Source: an uncultured Candidatus Micrarchaeota archaeon
GTDB taxonomy: Archaea; Micrarchaeota; Micrarchaeia; Anstonellales; Bilamarchaeaceae
NCBI GenBank assembly: GCA_963714085.1
Contig: OY970229.1
Location: 960,001 to 1,024,000, forward strand
Reading direction: 5' to 3'
DNA length: 64,000 nucleotides
The position numbers and the translations under genes were made by a program. Below the pieces are notes generated by a model. It was not told the DNA's origin. It made no database searches and saw only the letters and a program-made list of their open reading frames with translations. Positions 45,889 through 54,958 of this stretch are shown here, one piece after another; position 1 is the first letter of the stretch; each line of letters opens with the position of its first letter.

Positions 45889-48800
45889 GAAATCCCTCTC
45901 TTCCACGCCTGCCTGCTTGCAGAGCCTTTTTACGAACGCGACCGGTTCCACCCTGTTCTGCGGTATCGAGACTCTCCTTCCGTCCGGGTGCCCGTATATG
46001 GAGTGGCTGGTGGCGTTCTGCCGCTCGAATCTGAAACCCAGCGCCTTGAACGTAGCATTTATTCTATCCGAGCTCAGCGGCTTCCATGCTGCGGCCACGG
46101 GGCGATTCGGCACGATTCCCGCCGGTATGCGCGCCTCGATCAGTCTGAAGTAATCACGGTCCCCGAGGATGATATCCGCTACCTTCTTCGGGTATCCGTT
46201 GTCCATGAGCCATTTTTCCCCTGCGGTGAAACCGCCGTTTCTAACGGCAGCGACAAGTTCCGCGTCTTTTTTGCCTTTCATCTCGGTCTCCCATCTTTGA
46301 CTAAACCTGTCGCCATGCTTTTCAAGTAACTGCCGTATCTCCTCATGGCCCACGCCCTCCGCCCCGAGCATCTGTCCGATCTCATTTGGAGAGAATGAGC
46401 TTACCATCTCGTCTTCCGTAAAACCGATCTTTCTTAGCGCTGCAGGGGTCTTCATCTCAGGAGGCGGAGTCCTCTTCTCCGCCGCCGCATGCGTAGCCCT
46501 GCCCAGCGCATCCTCCGCCGCTGCCCGCATGCCCGGTTTCACGCCCTCCATTGGCGCCGCATCCTTGTCCAGCGCATTCGCGAAGAGTTCGAATCTCCGA
46601 GCCTCCTTCACGCCGCCCCAATTCATGTCTCTGGCAGTGGTCGTTCTGAACCTGAGGTATGCGTCGAACATGACGTTCTCATCCATCTTCATCGCCGCCG
46701 CAGCCCGTCCCAACGCGTCGTCCGTTACCGTGTTCCATCCGACCCCCGCACGTTTGGCTTCCGCCTGCCTCCGGATGAGTTCCGGGTCGGACACACCCCC
46801 TCCCATCTCGCCTCTGGGAATCCCATATCGTTGTTTGAACGCCGCGTCCCTCGTGCGCTCCTCCCTCAGCTTCCGCAGCGCCTCGTCCGCCCGCGGGGCC
46901 TTCCTCGCAGGCGCAGCCTCCGGCGCAGCGCGCTTCAGTATCCTGTGGGGCAGCGCGTAGATCCTGAAAAGCCTGTCCAGCCCGTCTCCGGTCGCGCCGT
47001 TCCGCAGCAGCGCGGGCCGCAGGTCCTCTATGCCGCGCAGCCATCTCTCCTTCTTAGCCTTTATCGCGGCGTCCACGGTCGGCTGGTCGACGCCGTTCAA
47101 TGAAAGATAATCACGGAACGCCTTCTCGTCCGCGACGTGTATGGCGGATATGAGCTTCTTCGCGTTCATGTCCGCCTGAGGGCTGACCGCCTCGGCCGGC
47201 TCGCCGAAAAGCGCGTCCGCCACGCGGTAGCGGCCCTCCCGCACCGTCGGGGTCCTGAATGTCCTGACATCCTTTACCCCGACGTCCTTAGGGACGCTCT
47301 GCAGGAATCGCTGTTCGGTCCTGCCAAGGACCCGGGCCATGACCCCGCTGTCCACAGGACCGCTGAAGCTGAAGCCGAATGCCATGGGACCGGTCTGGTA
47401 TACCGTCACTTTCCCGGAAAGCCCCGCCTCGGCAGCGGCCTTCTCGAACGCTCTCGCGTAGTGCGCGGAGAGCCCGTCCGTGAACGCGCTTCCCGCCACG
47501 CTGTTCGTGACGCTCGGTCCGATGAGGTTCTTTTCCACGGCGCTGACCCCCTTCCCCTTGATCTCGGCGCCGCGCATGAAAGCGGCCCGCGTGCCATCCT
47601 CGAACGCCACGCGGAAGGTGATCGCCTCGTCTATGCGGACCGGGGCGCCCGAGGAGTCGACAGTCTTGCCCTTCACTTCCTTCACAGGATTGCTCATTGC
47701 CTTCGCTTTCGGGGGCTGGTCCCTGTCGAAGGCCGTGGCGGCACGCTCAAGGCGCTCTGCCGCGGCAGGGTCCACAGCCCTAACCTTCTCCACCACGGAC
47801 TTGGACTCCACCGCGCCCACCGCTGCCTCCATGGTCTTGTAATGCCTGCCGTTGCTCGCCAGCGTCCACTCGCGTTTCACGCCGTTCCGGCCCATCGCGT
47901 CCCCGATCCCAGTGAAGTCGCTCAGCGCATCTGCCAGCGCGGGCGATGTGACGCCCATCTGCCTGCTGGCCGCGCGGGCCTCGTCCCTGAAGCGCCCCAC
48001 CACCAGGTCTATTGCCTGCTTCTCGTTTTTGACCGCGAACCTCTCCTTGAGCCGCTGGAAGCCGAGGTCTGAGACCACTATCGTGGCGTCGTCCGCCCCT
48101 GTGCGCACTATGCTGACGCCCTCGATGCCAAGGCCCTTCACCGTATCGGACGCGGCCCTGAAAAAGACTACCAGCCCCAGGTCCCCGTACTCCCCATGGT
48201 CGCTCAGCGAGTTGAGCAGCCATGTCTTGCCCTTGTCGAGCGATATGACCACCCGGGCGTAATCCTCGGTCGCCAGCGGGCTGACCTTCCTGAATGTGCG
48301 GAATACCCAGTTCTCCCTCGCCCTGACCGCATCGTCCAGTCCCCTGAAGACCGGCCCGGCGGTCTCGATGTTGCCGCGCATGCGGTCCACCGCGGAGTGC
48401 AGCGCATCGGCGTTGGACAGCACGGTCTCGTGCAGCGTCTTCCCGGCTATGGTCGGCTGCGCGGTGAGCACCGCCACGTTCCTCGCGAGCGCGGTGCCGT
48501 CTCCGGCCAGGCTCTTGGCTACGAGCGCAGATGCCTGGGGAGGGGCCGCGCGCACCTTCTCCGCAGACAGAGGCGCCTGGTCCATCTGGACGGCGCGCGG
48601 GCGCTCCATCACCGCCTCGGCCTCGCGCCTTCCGGTTTCCGCCATGAGCACTTTCATCGCGTTCAGGTCCTCGTTTCTCCATAGCCCCCTTTTCGGCAGC
48701 CCCAAAGTCTCGCTTTCCTTAGCGACCAGGGCGGCCATCTCCACCGGAGTCAGCTTCTTGCCGCGTGCGAATTTCGCTTCTGCCCCCGGCGTGATCTCCG

Positions 48801-50676
48801 CCCGCAGCTTGTTGACGGCCGCCACCTTCTCCGCAGTGATCCCGAAGGGCAGGCCCTCCGCGCTCTTGTTCACCGTGATGGCCATCTCGACCCTGGCGCT
48901 GCGTTCCCTTGCCGCAGCCGCATCCACCACTGACAGCTTCCTTGGCATGATTGTCTCCCTGCGGGCCTCCATCATCTTCGTGGCCTTGGAATGCACCACG
49001 CCCGCCGCGATCGGAGCCGCGAGTGTGAGCGTGCTGAAGATGGCCTCCTCGAGCGCCTCCCGGCGCTCCATCCTATCCGATTTCGGGGCTACGTAATACG
49101 CTGCCCATGATTCCGCCATGTGCCTCGCCTGGGGCACTGTGAGCGCAGCCGCTGCGCCGAGCTGGGCGAGCCGGAGCATGGACAAGCCCTCGACCGCCTC
49201 TTTCGCGATGCGGCCCGGCGCTCCGAGCAGCGCGACCGCGGCCATGACGCCGGTCAGGGGGGATATCTCCCCGGTCGCGGCATAATCGTGGGCCGTGCCT
49301 TTTATCACGGAAGCCGAGCCGATGACCGGGACGAAGCTGACCAGGACGTCTATCCCCTGGCCGATCCTCCTGACAGTCCTTACGCGCGCATAGAGGGTCT
49401 CGCTGTCGCTTTTGGCGGCCGCGGAGATCGCCGCGGCTTCTTTTTCCGCAAGCGTCGCCTTCCCTCCGGAAAGCAGCGAAGAATAATTCGCGACCAGCTT
49501 CTCCGAATCCGCTATCACGTTCTGCTGGAGCCTTGCCTCGACCGAAGAAAAAACCTTGTCCGAGGTCACCATGCATATCTCGAGCTGCGTCAATGCCGCG
49601 CCGAGCGGTGCGAGGTTCCTGTCGAACCCGCGGATGGAAGCGTCGTATAGGGAAACTAGCGCGTCCCTGTAGAAAGCGAACTGTTTCGTCGGGTCGTAGG
49701 TCCTGTCAGCCGCGCGCCTGACGTTCTCCGCGATGCTGCTCTCGTTGATGTAAAGCCGCGCGAGCACATCCGTCTTGTCTTCGGCCGCGGCCACGAACTC
49801 TTTCCTCACGCCCTTCATGTTCTCCGGCGCGTACTGCATTATGCGCAGCGCTTCCCTGAGATGCCGCCCCGCGCTTTCCAGGTACTCCAGCGCATAGACC
49901 TTGTTGAGGGAATGGTCCGCAGCCTCGGACTCCCTCAGATAAGCCATGAGGCCGTCGTGCTTCTTCAGTTCGAGGAGCAGCAGCTTCGCCGGGTGGTATT
50001 CGACGTCCACAAGCTGCCGGTAGTCCGACTGCAGCTTTTCCACGCGCGCGGAGAGCGCATCCGGCCCGGCCTTCCCTACCTCCCCCCGCAACGCGTCTAT
50101 CTCTTCGATGATGGTGCCGAGCTTCCTGTAAAGCCAGTAGCCGTCGGACCTTTCCGGGGCGTACATGTCCACCAGGCCGCTGTCGCGCATCTCCGTCCTC
50201 AGCCCCTTGACGACCTCGTGCACGGAGCCGAGCTCGCGCCTGAGGTTCTCCGCGGGATCCGAGACGCGCCTGTCCGCGTCCGCTGCGAGAAAGACGGCGA
50301 AGTCGTGGGCATACTGCCGTCTCAGCTTCTCGAACTCCTCTTTCGGCGCATCCCCGCGCACGGCACGCTGGCGTATGGTTTCGAGTTGCCTCTGCTCCTC
50401 CGCAAGCGCGGGCGGCAGCGCGATGTCCGCGGTCTGCGGATGGAATACGCCGAACTTGAGCGATGCGTCGACGCGTTCGGCGCTGCGCACGGTCCCGTTG
50501 GCCGCGTCCATGGCACGTTTCGCCGCAACCTCCGCCATGACAGGGAGGCCGAGGCCGCTGACTATCTTCTGCGTCTGGTCCTTCCCGAATCTCTCTACCT
50601 GCTCATCCGCCCTGGCCAGCCGCTTCGCCACCTTCGTCGCTTCGAGTCCCTGTTCGGCCAAATGCACACCTTTCAT
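45865..50676 (-). CDS. Giant (~1600 aa) protein: coiled coil, hydrophobic segments, degenerate GGDEF-like region, C-terminal HicA-like domain
   Basis: Start set by ATGA overlap with the upstream gene; C-terminus LSS..ALGF..RQ..SHSIYGHPDGRRVSIP..KQAG. Confidence 0.75.
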   Translation of the reverse strand: MKGVHLAEQGLEATKVAKRLARADEQVERFGKDQTQKIVSGLGLPVMAEVAAKRAMDAANGTVRSAERVDASLKFGVFHPQTADIALPPALAEEQRQLETIRQRAVRGDAPKEEFEKLRRQYAHDFAVFLAADADRRVSDPAENLRRELGSVHEVVKGLRTEMRDSGLVDMYAPERSDGYWLYRKLGTIIEEIDALRGEVGKAGPDALSARVEKLQSDYRQLVDVEYHPAKLLLLELKKHDGLMAYLRESEAADHSLNKVYALEYLESAGRHLREALRIMQYAPENMKGVRKEFVAAAEDKTDVLARLYINESSIAENVRRAADRTYDPTKQFAFYRDALVSLYDASIRGFDRNLAPLGAALTQLEICMVTSDKVFSSVEARLQQNVIADSEKLVANYSSLLSGGKATLAEKEAAAISAAAKSDSETLYARVRTVRRIGQGIDVLVSFVPVIGSASVIKGTAHDYAATGEISPLTGVMAAVALLGAPGRIAKEAVEGLSMLRLAQLGAAAALTVPQARHMAESWAAYYVAPKSDRMERREALEEAIFSTLTLAAPIAAGVVHSKATKMMEARRETIMPRKLSVVDAAAARERSARVEMAITVNKSAEGLPFGITAEKVAAVNKLRAEITPGAEAKFARGKKLTPVEMAALVAKESETLGLPKRGLWRNEDLNAMKVLMAETGRREAEAVMERPRAVQMDQAPLSAEKVRAAPPQASALVAKSLAGDGTALARNVAVLTAQPTIAGKTLHETVLSNADALHSAVDRMRGNIETAGPVFRGLDDAVRARENWVFRTFRKVSPLATEDYARVVISLDKGKTWLLNSLSDHGEYGDLGLVVFFRAASDTVKGLGIEGVSIVRTGADDATIVVSDLGFQRLKERFAVKNEKQAIDLVVGRFRDEARAASRQMGVTSPALADALSDFTGIGDAMGRNGVKREWTLASNGRHYKTMEAAVGAVESKSVVEKVRAVDPAAAERLERAATAFDRDQPPKAKAMSNPVKEVKGKTVDSSGAPVRIDEAITFRVAFEDGTRAAFMRGAEIKGKGVSAVEKNLIGPSVTNSVAGSAFTDGLSAHYARAFEKAAAEAGLSGKVTVYQTGPMAFGFSFSGPVDSGVMARVLGRTEQRFLQSVPKDVGVKDVRTFRTPTVREGRYRVADALFGEPAEAVSPQADMNAKKLISAIHVADEKAFRDYLSLNGVDQPTVDAAIKAKKERWLRGIEDLRPALLRNGATGDGLDRLFRIYALPHRILKRAAPEAAPARKAPRADEALRKLREERTRDAAFKQRYGIPRGEMGGGVSDPELIRRQAEAKRAGVGWNTVTDDALGRAAAAMKMDENVMFDAYLRFRTTTARDMNWGGVKEARRFELFANALDKDAAPMEGVKPGMRAAAEDALGRATHAAAEKRTPPPEMKTPAALRKIGFTEDEMVSSFSPNEIGQMLGAEGVGHEEIRQLLEKHGDRFSQRWETEMKGKKDAELVAAVRNGGFTAGEKWLMDNGYPKKVADIILGDRDYFRLIEARIPAGIVPNRPVAAAWKPLSSDRINATFKALGFRFERQNATSHSIYGHPDGRRVSIPQNRVEPVAFVKRLCKQAGVEERDFLIALGQI

Positions 50677-50993
50677 GCGTTCTCGTATTCGTAGCAGATC
50701 TCGACGAATTCGCGCAGCATGTCGATGCGGTCTTCCCTTCCGGCGCGTCCTGCGCGGAGCACGGAGTATTCCACGCCCCATCTCACGAGCGCCGTGCGGA
50801 ACCTCTTGAGCCTCTCTAGGGTCGGCGCCATGTTCCTGGGCTTCACCTTCGCGGCGTTCCATGCGGACATCGCGTTCTCTATCACAGAAACAGTCCTGGC
50901 CGCGTTCCTGAGAGTGTCCGACTCTATCTCGTCCAGCTTCTCTTCGGAAACGGTCGCTCTTCCACCGCCCTGCCGCGGCGCAATGGTTGCCAT
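50673..50993 (-). CDS. Hypothetical protein coupled to the giant ORF
   Basis: 106 aa; stop overlaps the downstream start; TTTAAA upstream. Confidence 0.65.
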   Translation of the reverse strand: MATIAPRQGGGRATVSEEKLDEIESDTLRNAARTVSVIENAMSAWNAAKVKPRNMAPTLERLKRFRTALVRWGVEYSVLRAGRAGREDRIDMLREFVEICYEYENA

Positions 50994-51046
50994 GTCAATA
51001 CCATGGAATAAACTCTTTAAATAATCGAGCGAAGAACCTATCCTGT

Positions 51047-52183
51047 ATGCACGACGACCAGGACAAGAGAGGCACGCTGCCGCAGCTATTGGCAGCCTAC
51101 ATGCTCTGGATCGCGGCGGGCGTGCTCGGTGGAAGCTTCATGTACCTCTTCTACCTGGAATCAGGCGCCAGCCTCGCCGAGCTCGTGCTGTCCTTCTTCT
51201 TCTGGGCCGCGGCGCCCGTATTCGTCATCCACCTGCTGAGCGGCCGCAAGGGGCTGGACATGCGGACGGTGCTCGTCTCAGGAGTCGTTCTGGTGGTGGC
51301 ATCCTACCTGCTGATGGCTCTTGCCGCACCGACCGCATTGATACTATACGCGGCACAGTTCCTCCAGGGCATGTGCAGCTTCCTGTTCTGGGTGCCGTTC
51401 AACGTGATGTATTTCGAGTTCAGCAAGGACAGGGCCGCGACGCACGGTTCGGTGTACTTCGCCATAAGCCCGCTGTTCGGCGTCTTCCTTCCCCTCATCG
51501 GAGCGGTTCTCGCATCGGCCTACGGATTCGGCCTGGTCTTCCTCCTCTCGGCGCTCGTCTACGCGCTCATAATCCCCTTCGCATTGCTGACGCTCGGGAA
51601 GAGGCGTCTTTCCTTCCGGATCAAGGACTGCCTCGCCGGGCTCAAGGGCTTCAAGACGCTGATGTTCCTGGAGGGCATATACGGGGGCGGGATAACCGCC
51701 GCGATAGCGGTGATACCGCTGCTCTATTTCACGAATCCAAAGGACCTGGGCGTGTACCTCGCGGTGACCACGCTGTTCTCCGTGCTCGCGTCCTTCGTGG
51801 TGAGCAGGCTCTCGGACAAGTCGGGCAAGAGGAAGAGATACATCTCCCTGTTCGGGAGCGGGCTGGGCGTAAGCACCGCGATCGCATCCTTCGCAGGCAC
51901 AGCATTCCTCTGGTCCGCGGCCTCCTCGCTCCGCAACTTCTTCTCCACGCTCTTCTATCCCTTCACGACCGCCATCATCATGGACAACAAGCAGGAATCC
52001 CTGGAGGGCGTGTTCATAGGCAGGGAGTGGCTGCTCAACACCGGCCGCTGCCTGGGGATCGGGCTCGTGTTCCTGTGCACGGCGCTGGTCGAGATCCACC
52101 TCTCGCTCGCGTTCCTCGGGCTCCTCATGGCGGCCTATCCGCTGGTGATAGGGCTCAAAAGGCGCCACATCCGGGTCGACTGA
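51047..52183 (+). CDS. MFS transporter
   Basis: About 12 hydrophobic segments; SRLSDKSGKRK motif A. Confidence 0.88.
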   Translation: MHDDQDKRGTLPQLLAAYMLWIAAGVLGGSFMYLFYLESGASLAELVLSFFFWAAAPVFVIHLLSGRKGLDMRTVLVSGVVLVVASYLLMALAAPTALILYAAQFLQGMCSFLFWVPFNVMYFEFSKDRAATHGSVYFAISPLFGVFLPLIGAVLASAYGFGLVFLLSALVYALIIPFALLTLGKRRLSFRIKDCLAGLKGFKTLMFLEGIYGGGITAAIAVIPLLYFTNPKDLGVYLAVTTLFSVLASFVVSRLSDKSGKRKRYISLFGSGLGVSTAIASFAGTAFLWSAASSLRNFFSTLFYPFTTAIIMDNKQESLEGVFIGREWLLNTGRCLGIGLVFLCTALVEIHLSLAFLGLLMAAYPLVIGLKRRHIRVD

Positions 52184-52272
52184 TACCTTTAAATATCATT
52201 ATCAGCATTACTTTTCGTTGCTTGTTTACGGCTAATTACGGTGCAACGTAATCTGGCTTATGAGGTGAACCA

Positions 52273-52695
52273 ATGGTTACAGCGTTAGATGTCGACACGA
52301 ACAGGCTCATGGAGAACGTGGCCAACAAGCTGAAGGCCATGAAAATCGAGAAGCCCGCATTCGTGGGGTTAGTGAAGACCGGCAGCCAGAAGGACCGGCC
52401 TCCGGAGCAGGAGGATTTCTGGTTCGTCAGGTGCGCTTCCATAATGCGCCATATCTATGTGCGCGGCTCGGTGGGCACCAACAAGCTCAGACGCCACTAC
52501 GGGGGCAGGAAGGCCCGCGGAGTGAGGCCGGAGCATCACCGCCAGTCCGGCGGCAACACCATACGCAAGGCGATGCAGCAGCTCGAGAAGGCTGGACTGC
52601 TCGTCAAGCCGAAGACCGGCGGCAGGAAGCTGACGGCCAAGGGCCAGGCGCTCCTGGACAAGGCAGCCAAGGAAGTCGCCCGCACCCAGGAATGA
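52273..52695 (+). CDS. rps19e: 30S ribosomal protein S19e
   Basis: VKTG..RPP..W..R.ASI.R, YGGRK.RG, QQLE.AG. Confidence 0.96.
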   Translation: MVTALDVDTNRLMENVANKLKAMKIEKPAFVGLVKTGSQKDRPPEQEDFWFVRCASIMRHIYVRGSVGTNKLRRHYGGRKARGVRPEHHRQSGGNTIRKAMQQLEKAGLLVKPKTGGRKLTAKGQALLDKAAKEVARTQE

Positions 52696-52702
52696 CCTGG
52701 GG

Positions 52703-53017
52703 ATGAAGATGGACGAGGACGAGCCCGAGGAGGCCAAGAAGCGGAGGCTGGCCGAGAGGCGCAAGGCCTCCGAGTCGAGCGCCGCCGAGGAGCAGCTCAA
52801 GGAGGCGCTCCGCAGCGCGCTGGACCCCGGGGCGTACGACCGGATGTCCAACGTCGCCATGGCCAACAAGGAGCTCTATGTGATGGCCGCGCAGCAGGTG
52901 CTCATGGCGCGCAAGCGCATCGGGCGCCCGATAACCGAGGACGAGCTCCTCACGGTGCTGCGGGCGCTCAAGGCGCGGACGGAGAAGGAGACGTCGATAA
53001 CGTTCCATAAGAAATGA
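52703..53017 (+). CDS. PDCD5/TFAR19-like DNA-binding protein
   Basis: LRSALDPGAYDRMSNVAMA..ITEDEL; conserved position after rps19e. Confidence 0.85.
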   Translation: MKMDEDEPEEAKKRRLAERRKASESSAAEEQLKEALRSALDPGAYDRMSNVAMANKELYVMAAQQVLMARKRIGRPITEDELLTVLRALKARTEKETSITFHKK

Positions 53018-53035
53018 GGAAACCAAGGTGATCCT

Positions 53036-53200
53036 ATGGGAAACAAATCGCTTGCTAAGAAGATAAGGCTCGCGAAGGCATGGAGGAAGAGCAGGAGGCT
53101 CCCGGCGTTCGTGATGGTACGGACCAAGAGGAAGGTCACCCAGAACCGCAACAGGCGCTCCTGGCGCACGGACAAGCTCAGGATAAAGGAAGAGGAATGA
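53036..53200 (+). CDS. rpl39e: 50S ribosomal protein L39e (not in ORF track)
   Basis: MGNKSLAKKIRLAKAWRKSRRLPAFVMVRTKRKVTQNRNRRSWRTDKLRIKEEE. Confidence 0.93.
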   Translation: MGNKSLAKKIRLAKAWRKSRRLPAFVMVRTKRKVTQNRNRRSWRTDKLRIKEEE

Positions 53201-53204
53201 TCAC

Positions 53205-53642
53205 ATGGCAGAGGAAAAGCTCGAGAGGATATACACGGTGCCGCTGGCAGCGGCTTTCGAATACAAGCGCACGAACAGGGTGCCGCGCGCAGTCAAGGTG
53301 CTGAGGCAGTTCATATCAAGGCACATGAAGACGGAGCTCGATAGCGTGCTTCTGAGCAACTCGCTCAACAGCAAGCTCTGGGCGCGCAGCATACAGAAGC
53401 CGCCGCGCAGAATCAAGGTGCGTGCCATAAGGAAGGAGGGCATCACCCACGTCTACCTGCCTGACGAGGCCACCGAGGATGAGAAGAAGGCTAAGAAGGA
53501 GGCCGAGGAGAAGGCCAGGAAAGAGGCCGAGGCGAAGACCGCGAAGCCGGCAGCCGCGGTCACTGCCCCGAAGGCCGTTCCGGCCGCGGCGCCGAAGCCG
53601 CCGGCCGCCCCGGCTCCGCCAGCAGAAGCGAAAACGAAGTGA
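53205..53642 (+). CDS. rpl31e: 50S ribosomal protein L31e with Ala/Pro/Lys-rich tail
   Basis: ERIYTVPL, RAVK..F..RHMK, LN..LWARS..KPPRRIKV. Confidence 0.95.
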   Translation: MAEEKLERIYTVPLAAAFEYKRTNRVPRAVKVLRQFISRHMKTELDSVLLSNSLNSKLWARSIQKPPRRIKVRAIRKEGITHVYLPDEATEDEKKAKKEAEEKARKEAEAKTAKPAAAVTAPKAVPAAAPKPPAAPAPPAEAKTK

Positions 53643-53649
53643 GCTCGAG

Positions 53650-54312
53650 ATGCGCGAGAGGTGCACGTATTACGGGAATCCGTGGATCGGCATGTTCGTC
53701 AAGGCCAGCGACAGCGTGGTGCTCACCCCGCTCGACTGCCCGGACAAGCTCCTAGCGAGCCTCCGCGAGAGCCTGAAGGCCGAGGTGCGCAGGGTGTCGG
53801 TGGGGGACTCGAACCTCGTGGGCGTCTATCTCGCGATGAACAACAACGGCGTCATAATGCCCAACATCTCATCGCCCGAGGAGGTCGCGGTGTTCAGGTC
53901 CGCGGGCCTGAACGTATACCATTCCCCGGAGAGGCAGAACGCCCACGGCAACAATCTCGCGATCAACGACAAGGGCGGCGTGATAAACCCGCACATACAC
54001 GCGGCGGAGCGCGGGAAGATGGAGGACGCATTGGGGATCGAGCTCTTGCCCATGCGCATAGGCGACTATGCCACCGTCGGCTCGTCCTGCCTCGCGGGCA
54101 ACAAGGGGTTCCTGGCGCACTACGCCGCCAGCGACGACGACATGAAGGCGCTGGAGTCCGCGTTCAAGGTCAAGGGGGAGCGCGGGACCGTCAACATGGG
54201 CACGGGCTTCGTGTCCTTCGGAGTGGTCGCGAACCGCCACGGCTACAGCGCCGGCGAGGCGACGAGCGCGCACGAGCTCGGGCGCGTGGAATCGGCATTG
54301 GGTTATATTTGA
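53650..54312 (+). CDS. eif6: Translation initiation factor 6
   Basis: GNPWIGMF, N.NG, GN...NDKG, GTVNMG, T..HELGRVESALG. Confidence 0.95.
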   Translation: MRERCTYYGNPWIGMFVKASDSVVLTPLDCPDKLLASLRESLKAEVRRVSVGDSNLVGVYLAMNNNGVIMPNISSPEEVAVFRSAGLNVYHSPERQNAHGNNLAINDKGGVINPHIHAAERGKMEDALGIELLPMRIGDYATVGSSCLAGNKGFLAHYAASDDDMKALESAFKVKGERGTVNMGTGFVSFGVVANRHGYSAGEATSAHELGRVESALGYI

Positions 54313-54325
54313 TCGGGGTGATTTG

Positions 54326-54505
54326 ATGAAATGGAACGTTTGCGGAAAGATAAAGCTCGGCAGGGGCGAGAGGAAGTTCTCCAAGGTCGTGGATGCGGAG
54401 ACTGAGAACGCGGCGCGGGAGAAGGCTTATGCGCTTTTCGGTTCCAATAACGGCGTGAAGCGCTCCCGCATGGAGATAGAGCGCGTCGAGAAATCAGGTG
54501 GATGA
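54326..54505 (+). CDS. rplX: 50S ribosomal protein LX (L18a/L20e)
   Basis: FSK.V.A.TEN.AREK.Y..FGS...VKR..I; synteny. Confidence 0.9.
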   Translation: MKWNVCGKIKLGRGERKFSKVVDAETENAAREKAYALFGSNNGVKRSRMEIERVEKSGG

Positions 54506-54952
54506 ATGGTTTCGCTCGAGGAGAACAGGGTAAGGATGAACTACGAGGTCGCGGTCTACCGCGAGCAGCTCACCATGCTCCGCAGGGAGATGGAGAGGGT
54601 CTCGCTGACCACCCTGGACCTCACCAGCGCGGTGCAGGCCGTAAACGGGCTCAAGAACTCGCAGATACTCGCTCCGATAGGGGGCGGGGTGTACGTGAGG
54701 TCCGACATAAAGGACACCCGCGTGATCGTGCCTATCGGCGCCGAGTTCGCCGTCGACATGGAGAAGGGCGAGGCCGCGGCCGAGCTCCAGCGCAGGGTGG
54801 ACGCCACGCGCCAGGCTGTGATGAAGCTCAACGAGGAGTTCGAGAAGATAAACAAGAAGCTCCGCGAGGTCTCACTCAGCCTCCAGGAGGTAGAGCAGCA
54901 GCTTCGGATAAGCAAGCAGGTGGATGCCGGAGTGAAAGAGGATTACATCCGA
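54506..54952 (+). CDS. pfdA: Prefoldin alpha subunit (no stop codon; reads through into FtsY)
   Basis: Coiled coils flanking ILAPIGGGVYV and VIVPIGAEFAV hairpins; synteny. Confidence 0.88.
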
Positions 54953-54958
54953 TTTCCC

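Noticed and set aside
50677..50862. N-terminal extension of the 1665 aa ORF in the track
   Set aside because: Overlaps the 50673-50993 gene in another frame; the ATGA overlap supports a start at 50676.
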